A DNA stretch of 64,000 nucleotides from Chiloscyllium plagiosum. Taxonomy: Eukaryota. A model generated the notes under the pieces. That model was not told the origin of the DNA, made no database searches, and saw only the letters and a program-made list of their open reading frames with translations. The position numbers and the translations under genes were made by a program. Location: NCBI RefSeq assembly GCF_004010195.1, contig NC_057753.1, forward strand, positions 2,960,087 to 3,024,086. Direction: 5' to 3'. Of the stretch, positions 52,437 through 64,000 are shown piece after piece (the first letter of the stretch is position 1; each line of letters begins with the position of its first letter).

Positions 52437-53001
52437 TGTGCACTGAGATAGATATGTTCTTCTTCCCCTTGATAATTCTGGTCTCCACATTGTGGATTCC
52501 ACACTACCAAATCCAAGACCTTTTTGTGTATCACACTCATTTTACTCATGCTAGCAACGCTACTGCAACATCCTTTCTTCCATGCCTTATCTTTTGACAA
52601 GTCACGTGACCCTGAATATTTAGTTACCAACTTTGACCTCTTTCTAACTATGTCTTTCGTAATAAAATCATGCCCATTAACTGGTTTTTCAGTTGTTAAT
52701 TCATTTTGTTTTCTGAATTGTGCACTGAGATAGATATGTTCTTCTTCCCCTTGATAATTCTGTTCTCCACATTGTGGATTCTGCACTACAAAATCCAAGA
52801 CCTTTTTGTGTATCACACTCATTGTACCTCATGCTAGCAACGCTACTGCAACATCCTTTCTTCCATGCCTTATCTTTTGACAAGTCACGTGACCCTAAAT
52901 ATTTAGTTACCAACTTTGACCTCTTTCTAACTATGTCTTTCGTAATAACATCATGCCCATTAACTGGTTTTTCAGTTGTTAATTCATTTTGTTTTCTGAA
53001 T
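52437..53001. repeat. Recent tandem duplication, 2 x ~282 bp
   Basis: Units start at 52437 and 52719 (TGTGCACTGAGATAGATATG), with only a few substitutions and one small indel. Confidence 0.95.
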
Positions 53002-53829
53002 AAAGCATAAATTTAAGTAAAAAGTCAATAATTTTGTGCTTTTATCATTTTTCCGACTTTGATACTTTTGCTTTCTTGTGTAGTTGCACTCTGTCGTTTT
53101 GGTTCACATCTTTAGTATCGTTATATAAGCAGTTGCCCTGTAATGCTGACATACAATTTGCTCTGTGTGTCGACATATTTCTCTCAGCGAAACCTCCTCA
53201 CGCTCTCATTAGTTTAAATCCCCCACTCTCCAGCCTTTGCTATTTGCTGATCCCAAGATGGCTTAAATAAAGCTCGTCTCATTGAACTGTGTCTTTGTAC
53301 TCCAATATTAATGTCAATACCCCACAAACAGAAACTCATTTCAATCACAATATTGTTCAAGCCATGCACTTAACTCCTCACTTTTTATACCTCATGTTAG
53401 TTATCCCACAGCTCAAGCAATCATTACGATATTACCTTTAGTTTCTCTGGAGCCATAACACTATATTCGTTGCTCTGTTCTATTATAGTCAAGCTTGTGG
53501 TGATGGAAAAGCAGAGCATTTCATGCTGCTGCCTGATCTGATGTACTTTTCTAGTACCACACTCTCGACTATGATCCCCAGTCCTCACTTTCTCCCCTCT
53601 GCTGTGTTCTGTTACCCTCATACACTTTATTTGGTGTGATCTGCCTGTTTGGCGTGCAAACCAAAGCTTTTTTTCTGTACCTCGGTATATGTGACAATAA
53701 TGAATCAGATAAAATCAAATTGTTTGAGCAGAACATGCTTTCAAAATAAATATATGTCTCATACCAAAGAAGATCTTTGCAACTGTATCCGTGTTAAGGA
53801 TTTCGCCAGCTCTGAGGCAATGTGTTTCA

Positions 53830-54310
53830 ATCTTGCATGAGGAGAACACAGCCATTGTGACTGCTGCTCTTGGTTCCAAAAAGGGAATTTATTTCCCAAT
53901 TATACTATCTGCCAACACAATTTTATTCGCATTCCTCCCCGCACGTAGAAGGCTCCTTATATCACAACGCATTGTCACTTGTTCATCCTCCCTGCCATTC
54001 TCATTCTCGTCCATGCATCTTGAAAGAACATCAAAACTGTTGGATGATTGTAGGGAAGGAAGATCCTTGAGGAATCCCACGTGAGTTCCCATAGCTACCT
54101 CAGCTGCATTCACGTCTATCAGTCCCTGATTACAGGCTAAATTTTAATTACCTCCTCTAAGGGTTGTGTCATCCACCTAGAGCAAAGCTTCCATGTAACT
54201 ATCCCCCTACCTGATGCAACGCAATGACTGCACCTCAGCTTCCAGCTCCATGGTTCAGTTCTGCAGCTGCTTGAACAATGAACATTTGCTACTGAGGCAT
54301 TCGCTGCAGA
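53830..54310 (-). mobile_element. Degenerate CR1 ORF1 fragment
   Basis: SNSFDVL...IVLADSIIG, an esterase-like GDS motif region. Confidence 0.6.
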
Positions 54311-55346
54311 TCACTTAGATGTACAAAACCTTCCAGTGCTACAGTAGTAACAGAGTCAACATTTCGAGATTGATGTAACTCTATTGAGAAGGGAAGAAAA
54401 GTAATATTATGCAGTTGGTAGAGGGGCAAGAAGAGATAGTGGAAAGGTGGCGTGGGTGCCCAAACCAAATGGTGTGCACGTGATGGGAAAGGAGTGATTG
54501 AGACGTAAGGTACGTGTTGATTGTACGTGTGTAAAGGAGAAAATTGGTCATCTCTGCTTGGACCAAAGCCACCAAGACAGAGATAAGGCATGGTGGAGAG
54601 GGCAGAGGTTGCAACCGAAATGTAAGAGAGTGAAATGCTCTATATTTGATGAACCCATTATTGATTCCAGAAGGATGCCCATTCAGAAAATGAAAGTTAT
54701 TCCAAACCTTCGCTCTTCCAGTTTGTTTTGTACTCTGCTGGTACATAGATGATTGACTTTGGGACTCTGTAGCTTCGAAGATAGTGGAAATAGGCTCATT
54801 GAATACTTATGGTCGCAATTAAATCGGTTCCTTTCTCGCAAGTGAGAAAAAAAGTTTATTTGGTAAACAGGAATGTTGTACTCCACAGATGAACTGTGTT
54901 ATGGACCAAGTCAGAAATCCTCAATACATTTTAAGAAGGTTGCCCTAGACCCTAGCTTTTTCATACTTTAAACACAGCTGTGAAGTCCATGTTTCAGGTG
55001 TGATGCAACTGGTCAAACCACTTAACTTTAGGCAAAACAGAATTTATTTAAATACTACACGTGAAATTCAAACAAAGCAAAGTGGAATTTAGAATAACTA
55101 AACTGTTGGAAAACTTAAGCGACCCGATATTACTAAGTAACTGTTCCTATACAATCCCATGAACACTCCCCTTGCCACAAAGGGAAATTCAAGCTCAGAT
55201 ACTTACAGGCGGGAGACAATAACGTCCAGAAGGGATATTTCACAAGAAGTCACGGAATTCTTTGCTGAAGCTCGCAACTCACACATCTTGAAACTGCTAC
55301 AGGTAAAAGAAAACTTTAAGAAACATGTATTGGGAGAACTGGCCTT

Positions 55347-55440
55347 TCCTGATGAAGGGCTTATGCCAGAAATGTCGATTCTCCTGCTCCTCGAATGCTG
55401 CCTGACCTGCTGTACTTTTCTAGCAACGCATTCTCGACTT
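55347..55440 (+). ncRNA. Hammerhead-bearing short element (decayed) inserted in LTR
   Basis: CTGATGA-A-GGGC-TTAT-GCCA-GAAAT-GTC-GATT plus the family tail. Confidence 0.6.
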
Positions 55441-58400
55441 CCCTTTCATTGTTCATCGTCCTCTTCCGATTTCTCTTCAAAAAAAAACAAACTCAAAATA
55501 GTCTTTTTTAAAGTGATAACATTTTCATATCTCCCACCTTTAAAACATGAACCATCAATATACAAAGCTGGCTTCGTTTTAAACCCTTTAGTCTCATTCT
55601 GTTAGTACACAACAAAATATACATATTACATTGACTCTAAGTATGCAACATTTCACGATTCAACGAAATTTTCTGCACTTCTTCAATAAGTCAGTGAATG
55701 GAGCAAGCACACTGCTAACATTTGGCACGAATACTTGATTAAAAAAATCCATGCAATCTCAGGAAACGTAGCACTCTCTTTTCGTCGATGTTTCGTCCTC
55801 AACAAACTTTGTTTTCACATTCTGTAGGGGTCATCTGTCCATGTCCGATAACATGGCCCAGTAGTGTGACTTGGGCTTTGGCGGATTAAGTCTTCACCAT
55901 GTTTATCGACAAGTCTGCATCCCAAAGCCAATTGAATACTTCCAATAAATGCTGCAAGTTTTTCTAATGGGAAAAGGTGCAAACGATTTTCTTTATCCTA
56001 ACCGTCTGGATAGCCTTGACAAGGTGCCCATAACATGCCCTTTAAAGTTTGATGCCACCCTTCTAACATGCGCTGCAATTCTGAGTGGAACGCAATGGAT
56101 TGGAATTGGTTTATTCCTAAGCTATCATTTCTGCCTTGAATATTTTTGATGTAAAATTTGACCCTTGATCTGTTGTATCCCTGTAGATAGTCCGGATCGA
56201 ATGTAAAATTTTAATAACTAATAGACGTTCCTTTCAGTTGTAGTATTGCGTAATGGAATGGCCTCTTTAACTATAGTGGATACATCCATTATTGTCAACA
56301 AATACTGATTCCCACGGTTTGATTTAGGTAAGGGTCCTATGCAATTAATTAAGACCATTGCAAATAGTTCTTCAAATACATGAATGGGTTTTTAAAGTGC
56401 TGCTTTTAATACTATCTGAGGTTTTCCAATTACCTCTCGTGTATGACATGTCTGTCAAAATCGAACTGCATGCTTATGCAGTCCAGTCCAGTTTAAAGAT
56501 ATTTTTTGTATTTTGACTTAAGTTTTCCCCACCCCTAAATGACCTCCTATTACCCATAACACCTCCTTTCGTAACCCACTTGTAGTACAATGTAATGAAT
56601 TTCTGTCCATTCCTCATCCAACTGAATATATAATGGATCTACATTTCCTCGTCAAGTTATCATTTTTTTAAGATAGTAGCATTCGGCAATAGACTCAGAT
56701 TTCTGTTCTGTGCCTGTTTTCCAATACAATTGCTTCAGATTTTCATCTTTCTCTTGCAACACAGTTAATTTCTCTGAGGTAGAAATATTCACTTTGTCCT
56801 CCATCTGCTCTTGCTTTGACTCAACCATTCGATCAAACACGGTCTCCCATAATTCCAATTCAACTTTATTATCTGTATTCTTTGATTTCTCGTCTTGTTC
56901 CAATTGGTCGCTTTGTGACCTTGTTATCATACAGTCCGGAAACATCTCAGGATGTGCTTCCAGTAATACCTCCATTGCCTGGCTCTCCACTAGCTTTTCA
57001 ACCACAGTAGGCAGCACTCCAGCCTGTGACCCAGCTATGTTGTCAGCAAGAACAAATTGCATTCCTGGAGCTGAGAGTTTTTCCACTACTCCTACCAGAA
57101 CGTCTCTACTTTTCACTGGACACTCTAACCTGCATAATTGAGCAGTTCTTGTCTCACCATGAATTTCACACACTCAGATATATTCCAGTAAGAATCCTTC
57201 TGAGTTGCATATCTCTTCATCTTTCAACTGCAAAGATTGCATGATCCTGTATCTCGTAATACCGTAAATCATTTATCTCCTGCTCTTGACTGCTGCGAAT
57301 AAATCTCATCTTCATGAGCAAATGCTTTAAAAATATCCGGCACTTCCTTCATAACAAACCTCTAATCAGCTTTTTGCCTCCACTGTTCTTTAACAAAATT
57401 GGCTGGCTTATCCCGTTTTCCTACATCCGTCTTCCCAGTTCTTTTTCTAAACCACCAACGCTATGAATTTATGTAGCCTACATTATCACAGTGAAACACT
57501 TGAGGTTTTTAACTTCTCTTTCCCGTTCAAGGGATTCCTCTTTACACTGTGGTAAGCTATCTTTATTATCTTCAATGAGATCTACTTTCATAACCACCTG
57601 AGGGTTTCTATCCCCCACAGATTGAATTTGATCATGGAAACCAAACTAAGATTTATGAAGAACACATAATCTTCAGCCATTTCAGCAGCTAAACGTGCCG
57701 TTTTAACTCTCTGCTCTTCCACGAGAGTTCTCACTACCTCTGGATGTGAATTTTTTTAACTCTTCCAAAATGATCGTCTCTCTATGACCATCATATTTTT
57801 AATGTCCTTATCCACCGATCAAAATTATTTTGTTTGGTTCTTTCAAACTCAATGTATGTTTGAGCAGGGTCCCTTTTTCGATTCCTGAAGCGTTGTTCGT
57901 AGGCTTCTGGCACAAGTTCATATGCACTTAAGATGGCTTTCTTCACCTCCTCTTACTCCCTACATACCTCCTCTGATAGTGATGCAAATACCTCCTTGGC
58001 TGAACCGACCAACTTTGTTTGGATCAACAAAACCCATATATTCACTGGCCATTTCATTTCTTTCACCACTTTCTCAAATGAGATGAAGACGTCTTCTACA
58101 TTCTTCTCATCAAATTTGGGCTGTACTTGGATATATTTAAATAGATTCCCACTAGGCCTTTGGCCACCATAGTTTTGCTCATCATCACTATCTTCACTAA
58201 GCTTACTTTTTACCTCCATTTCTTTAAGCCAACTTTCCTGTCTAATTGCAAACTTCTGAAGTTCAAACACTCTCTCTTCTCAGTTCTCTCTCTCTCTCTT
58301 CTTCCCTTCCTTCTGCGACGACCTTCCTCTTCTTTGCTTTTTGTTCCGCCAGAGTGAAGCTTTTCTCTTCCGATTCCTTTGCTTTTTATCATAAATCATG

Positions 58401-58734
58401 CTGTTTCAGTTCTCTTTCATGTTCAAGCTGTTTCATATGCCATTGAATTCTACCCATTTCCTAGATTCTGATGGTGTTTCCAGCGACCTTAAATGTCGAG
58501 CTGTTGCTGTAATTGCTTCTCGTTTTCTCACAGCTTGCCTTGCAATTTCAACAGCTTTGCGTTGCTCACCTTTTGTGAAACTCGCAAAGTTATTTCCTCC
58601 ACCCTCAGAAAACTCGTAGTGACTGAAAGAGCCATTGCTTCACAAATTAAAGCGTAATCCAATCGAATTCAGCACCTACCTATCGCTCTGTGTGTGTCGA
58701 ACAATCCAAACGCTCAAGTGGAATTATAGAATCA

Positions 58735-58752
58735 ATCCTAGACGATCCCCCA
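58735..58752 (-). promoter_or_regulatory. Primer-binding site, tRNA-Pro type
   Basis: Minus strand TGGGGGATCGTCTAGGAT, 15/18 match to canonical PBS-Pro TGGGGGCTCGTCCGGGAT, 3 nt from the LTR edge. Confidence 0.75.
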
Positions 58753-59835
58753 ATCTGTTGTGGACCAGGCCAGACGTCCACAAAATATTTTATAATGTAG
58801 CCTAGACTCTCACCTTTTTCTTAACGTCAGATGTGAAGTGTGTGTTACAGGTGTGATGCAACTGGTCAAATCATTCAGCTTTAGGCAAAACAGAATTTAT
58901 TTAAACGCTACAGTTGAAACACAAACAAAAGAAAGCAGAATTTAGAATAAATAAACTATTGGAAACCTTAACCGACTTGAAACAGTAACGAGCACAAAGT
59001 AAATCTTCCGATGCAGGCCGTCAACACACGCCTTGTTAAAAAGACAAATCCAAAAGATAATTCTAATAGGCAGGAGGGAACAACATCCAGAGACGGAGAT
59101 TTCAGAGAAAATCAGAGGAATTGTTTACTGAAACTTGAAACTGTCCGGGAATCACACATCTTGTGACTGTACAGCTCAACACAAACGAGACAAAACATGA
59201 CCTGAGGTAACTGGTCACTCTCTTTCCATTGTACACATAGACTTCTGTATCTCTGTCTTTACGACTTCTCTTCAAAAAACCCATCGTCACACCTCGCACA
59301 TTAAAAAAAAATCATCAACATTCAAAGATGGCTTTATTTTAAAGCCATTAGTCTTACTCTGCGACGTTTAACTGACAAACAATGAGAACTCTGACCTGAG
59401 AGAGTGGGCTACTCCCCTTCCATTGTGAAACTAGACTATTCCGCGCCTGTGCTTTATGGCGTCTCTTTTCAAAAAAGCAAAAAATAGCCTTTTAAAGTGA
59501 CAGCCTCGTCACAACATTGATTTTACTCATGTCAGATAGGGTTAAGGGGGCTGATGTCTCATTTTTGCTCCACATTTACAGTAAGCATACACTTTGGTCG
59601 GTCTCACTGAATTATTTTCAGAACTTATACACGTGATCTGCTAAATTTTTTACCAGAATGGCTGTATAAAAACAAGGAAATAAGTACCCAAAACAGACAC
59701 AATCTTTGTCAAAGTTGTGCCACGTTTCAAAATGTATATTTCACTCAAAAGCCTGCAGCATTCGTTATTTTGTTGGATTACAATAGTCATGTCCACAATC
59801 TTTTCTATCTTTATATCTCTGTCTATCTGTTACAG

Positions 59836-60761
59836 CTAACCTGGCAGTAATTGTGATCCTGTTGCAAAGAAGATATGGTCTATCTGGATGTATCACATAT
59901 TACATCGTGTCCATCGCAGTGGCAGATCTTCTGGTTATGGTCATGACCGTAATATTAAACCGGATTGCTGGGATTTATTTTCCCTACAGCTTCCTGTCTA
60001 TCACACCAGTATGCAGTGTACGTAATGCTCTAAATATGGCAGTTACTGACAGTTCTGCCTGGCTGACAGTCGTTTTCACCTTTGACCGATTTGTGGCCAT
60101 CTCTTGCCAGAACCTGAAAGTAAAATATTGCACCAAGAAGGTGGCAGCGTGGGTTATAGGAATTGCATGTGCATTGACCTGCCTAAAAAATATCTTCCGG
60201 TATTTTTATTTTGAACCAAGGTACGTAATTAATGGCATACCCTGGTTCTGCGACATCAAATCAATATATTATACTTCACCAGCATGGACTGCATATGATT
60301 GGATTCGACCTATTTTAAACCCTTGTCTCCCATTCATTCTGATTTTGCTGCTTAATGCCCTGACCATTAGACACATTCTCGTGGCTAATAGAGCCCGTGA
60401 GAGACTTCGGAATCAGAGAAATGAAGAGAATCAGAGTGACCCAGAGGTAGAGAGGCGCAAAAAGTCCATTATTTTACTCTTTGCCATCTCAGGCAGCTTC
60501 ATCCTGCTGAATTTATTATATTTTGTAACAATCCTCTATGTCCGAATTGCGAATGCTACTTATTCCTCAGGTGCTGATGTCAATAATTCCACATTTGTTC
60601 TCCAGCAGAGTGGATTTATGCTTCTGCTATTGAGCTCTTGCACCAACCCATTTATTTACGCTGGGACGCAACGTAAATTCAGAGACGAGTTAAAGAATGT
60701 GATTAAATATCCAAAGAACCTATTCTTTAAAACAGTCAAACTGGAAAATCGAAAAATCTAA
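59836..60761 (+). CDS. GPR139/GPR142-like GPCR gene B, coding exon 2 (spliced product 331 aa)
   Basis: Acceptor TGTTACAG ends at 59835. G|CT AAC gives ...GVPANLAVIVIL, in frame with ORF 59853..60761. Motifs IAVADLL, PVC, FDRFVAISC, WFC, NPFIY. Intron 47311..59835 is 12.5 kb. Confidence 0.93.
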
Positions 60762-62139
60762 CATGGCCTATTTTTTTTACCTTGTGTTTTCCTGAGGGAC
60801 GCCATTTGAAATCTGAATGTAGTAAGGGAACTTCAGTATATATTAGAAGTGCAGCAAATTTCAGTTTTACTCGCAGATAGAGTTCCCATCTCTCCCCTGT
60901 TCTGATTCAGGTTTTGCATATTCCCAATTCCTAATCGTCCTCCTCAGTGCAGATTTTGACCTGCTCTCATGCTTTGTATTCATTCCTCAACTGGGAATAC
61001 TTAATTACGCAAAATCATTTCAAATATCACATAATGCTCACACACTGCAATGTCTGCATCTGCAGATTGACAAATATTCCAAGGTCATGACACCAGCCTG
61101 AATGATGAAGATGACTGACCGTTGTTTCACGCTTGATTGGTTGCATGCATTATTGCCTCTGCTACCCCACAGCATCCAAGGTATTGCGAATGGCCAGGTA
61201 CACATTGTTTCACACAGAGACCTCGCAACCTAAACTGTATAGGGAGACGTTCTGTGAAACAGGTCTCAGCTGCAGATTAAGCAGCTTTGCAGTTTCTAGT
61301 CAATAATAATACAGCAGATTCTTGCAAAATCACAAGTGACAACAGATTGCAAAACCAACTAAGGACACATAATTTCACACTGCTGTAAACCACCAAAGTT
61401 TCAACTTTGGTACCTGATAGTCTCTAATTCTTGTACCAGAATGTTCCCATATCGTTACTTGTGCAATTTCTTCACATAAGGTCACTTTCAGCAGATATAA
61501 TTTTCGGCAGAAAACCAACATTTGAAGATGGCACACAAATGACCGCACAGCCAAGGCCAACAATCATTGCAGTGAGCTTGAACATGATAGAGACAGTGCA
61601 GTGAAACAAACTGCTTATGTTCAATTTCCTCTTCTAAAACACACTAACCAGATTGCTATGACTCCTGTCAATCTCACAGGGCAACGTCTGATAGACATTC
61701 CTAAACAACTAGCACATGGCAAATCCTAAACTCTTTCATGTTCCACCCTTCCCTCCCCTTCCTCTTCCCATTGAGCTCTCGGTCAAGTAGTTTTTGATGT
61801 AAACCGAATGCCAAACTTTACTTCAAAAAAGGGGAGTAGGGATCCAAGATGCAAAGCATTGAGACGTGAGCTGTTGACTGATGGCAAGTTAAAGAGACAT
61901 GAGCATAGCATTGCCCTTGCACTTCCACAATGATTCTAAGAATGAGCACTGTATCCGTCTTCCCAGATTAAGTCTCCTTCCACATTTGCGGACGTTATTG
62001 GGCTATGAAACTGAGACATGTTCACACTAGATTTCAATGTGAGGAAATTATAGTCGGACTGATCTCATGCTGTGCAGCGCTTGTACTACAAGGCTGTGCA
62101 GCGCAGGCTGTGGAACAGTGCCCGTTTCAATGTGCTCAG

Positions 62140-62360
62140 CTGCAGGAAAGGGATTGAATCTTCCCTGCACGCCCGCCAGTGCCAGTACATCCTTTCTCAA
62201 GTAAGGAGTCCAAAATTGCAGGTTTGGCCTCACAAGAACCAACACAACGGCAGCATCATCTCCCTGTTTGTAAATGTAATCCCTCTGAAGGACAGTCTTC
62301 CATTTGTCGTCTTGGTTACCTGCTGCACCTGCAAACTAATTGGTTTGACCTGACTGGTTG
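62140..62360 (-). mobile_element. CR1 fragment
   Basis: LVRPNLQFWTPYLRKDVLALAGVQGRF. Confidence 0.75.
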
Positions 62361-63099
62361 ATCGAGACTGATATATGTCCTATTATAAAGAGCAGGAAGT
62401 TAAATCTTTCACATTATCGCTGAGTATTTGCCGTGTACCAATATCTGTATATTCGCTATATTCTGTGCTTGCAAACCGTTGCCACCTTTCTTTTCATGCC
62501 AGCATTCCGTCTCTACTTTGTGTTATTGTTTTACAAGATGTATTCATCACTGGCCAGAACCAGCATTTTATTCTCCATCCCACATTTGCCGGGAGAAAGT
62601 GGGGATGAGCTGCTTTATTGAATCACTGCAGTCCTTGAGTTCAAGTTCCTGAGTGATTGCAGATGACATTTGTAGTTCTGGTGCAAAGCATCAACACTAG
62701 CTCTACTGATTATCGTAGAGCTATTGACCCTTTTAAATTTTCAATCTGTAAGAAATGGCTGTTCATTTCGGCTGTTCATTGCACAAAATGTATAAATCTT
62801 CATTGACTGAGGACAGAAAACAAGCCCTGTTGGTTAAAACACGAATTCCTAGCCACGAGAACACCACAGAAACGGCCTCTAAACTTTAACACTTCATTTG
62901 TCTGCACTATCTTTCCACTTTCCTCTTTCAGTTCCACCATTTTCACCAGAGTCAAGTTTCTCTATCAAAATGGTATGTTTAAGCAGAACTCAGCCAATTC
63001 CCTCAGTGAATTACACCCTTTGCTTTGAGCTGGCATGTAATGCCGACACTTTTCCTCCTTTAAGACAGTTCCCAAAGCCTACTATCTTTGCCCAAGCTT

Positions 63100-64000
63100 T
63101 GTCTCAACTCCCCAGAAATGTATCTCGATGTATAACTGTGCAGAAGATGCGTCTGGGCAGCACCTTGGGATACTTCATGACTGCTAAAGAAGTTATGGCA
63201 ATATAAATTCTTGCCAGACAGAAACAGACAGAGACAAAATCATCTCTTGTGAAGAGATTCTTCACAAAACCTCCGCCAGCAGGAGTTATCTGATTAGCTA
63301 CTGTGGCCAATACATCAGGGATTGGAAGACTTCAGAAAAATACAATCTTCTGTTTGCACGGCAGAGTAGTTCCAACTAGTCCCAGAGTTTTCCACAAGTG
63401 CCTTATCCCAGCTAATAGCCTTCTTAATATTCTATGGAAAATATCTCGTGTTTTCCAATTTTCAAAATGGTTAGTGCCCAGAACTGGATGCAAGTCCTTG
63501 GATGAAGCAGCTACAATCATGACAAATGTTTTCTATGTCTCACTGTACAAAGTCTACAATGTCCCTCGTTCATCTTGGTCTCAATGTATCGTGGTGTATT
63601 CACATTTCATTCAAATATGCATGCCAGGAGCCTCTGTTTATGCAATATGTTTGTAGTTACATACGTTCTGTTACATTGATTTATTGTGTTCTTTTAAAAA
63701 GAATTGAAACACTTCACAGTTCTCTGCATTAAATTTCATCTCCCTCTTGGCAACCATTCTGAGAATCGCTTTTTATTCGCTTTGATGTTCTATGTTATGA
63801 ACGCACTTATCGACTATAGCAGAGTCTCTTACTGTCCATAAAATTTGCAGTTGCGCCTGGTGCACCAAATTCAAGTCATCATTAAACATCAAGAAGGCAG
63901 GATCCTAAACTTGAACCATGAGGGGTTTTGCTATGACATTGTATCTGGTCGGGAAATTGAAATGAAAATCGCCTCGGTGAATAACACAATTCCACCAGCA
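63100..64000 (-). mobile_element. Old degenerate CR1 RT/3' region
   Basis: Minus-strand remnants PHGSSLG, LMFNDDL, EMKFNAENCEV, CIQFWA. Confidence 0.6.

Larger units (their letters stand above)
54897..59513 (-). mobile_element. Gmr1-type Gypsy provirus with deletions, in gene B intron (LTRs ~54897-55529 and 58756-59291, extra LTR end to 59513)
   Basis: Gag (PKFDEKNVEDVFISFEKVVKEMKWPVNIWVLLIQTKLVG), CFHC knuckle, LRDTGS protease, integrase and RT remnants between two similar LTRs. Confidence 0.87.

Noticed and set aside
54320..54800. Possible further old Penelope remnant on minus strand
   Set aside because: Only weak cues (KLEERR, FRLQPL). Too degenerate to call by eye.
55159..55605. 148-aa ORF
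   Set aside because: Spans an LTR plus an inserted hammerhead element. Non-coding repeat sequence.
13210..60761. Assigning gene symbol GPR139 or GPR142
   Set aside because: Similarity is family-level only. Multiple divergent paralogs preclude an orthology call without a phylogeny.
1..64000. CRISPR array or prokaryotic operon/defence system
   Set aside because: No regularly spaced repeat-spacer array. Spliceosomal introns and vertebrate retroelements show eukaryotic origin.

Overview
Eukaryotic, repeat-dense vertebrate DNA, most likely an elasmobranch (shark or ray), inferred from HE1-type V-SINEs alongside CR1, Rex1, Penelope, Tx1 and Gmr1-type Gypsy elements. The host content is a cluster of GPR139/GPR142-like class A GPCR genes. 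Two are intact two-exon genes on +: gene A = join(13210..13279,18937..19844), 325 aa; gene B = join(47241..47310,59836..60761), 331 aa. Three are pseudogenes (~870-2056 on -, ~9350-10058 on -, ~33331-35065 on +). Bases ~244-10058 are an old inverted segmental duplication of ~19130-35630, which explains two of the pseudogenes. The intact receptors have a very short N-terminus, lack the TM6 W/P toggle residues and carry ECL3 glycosylation sequons. With the birth-and-death pattern, this makes them a candidate lineage-expanded chemosensory or metabolite-sensing family (inference). Penelope-derived short elements with minimal hammerhead ribozyme cores (CTGANGA-stem-GAAAC-GTC) occur throughout, some as palindromic insertions with target-site duplications. 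Repeat boundaries are approximate, read by eye.
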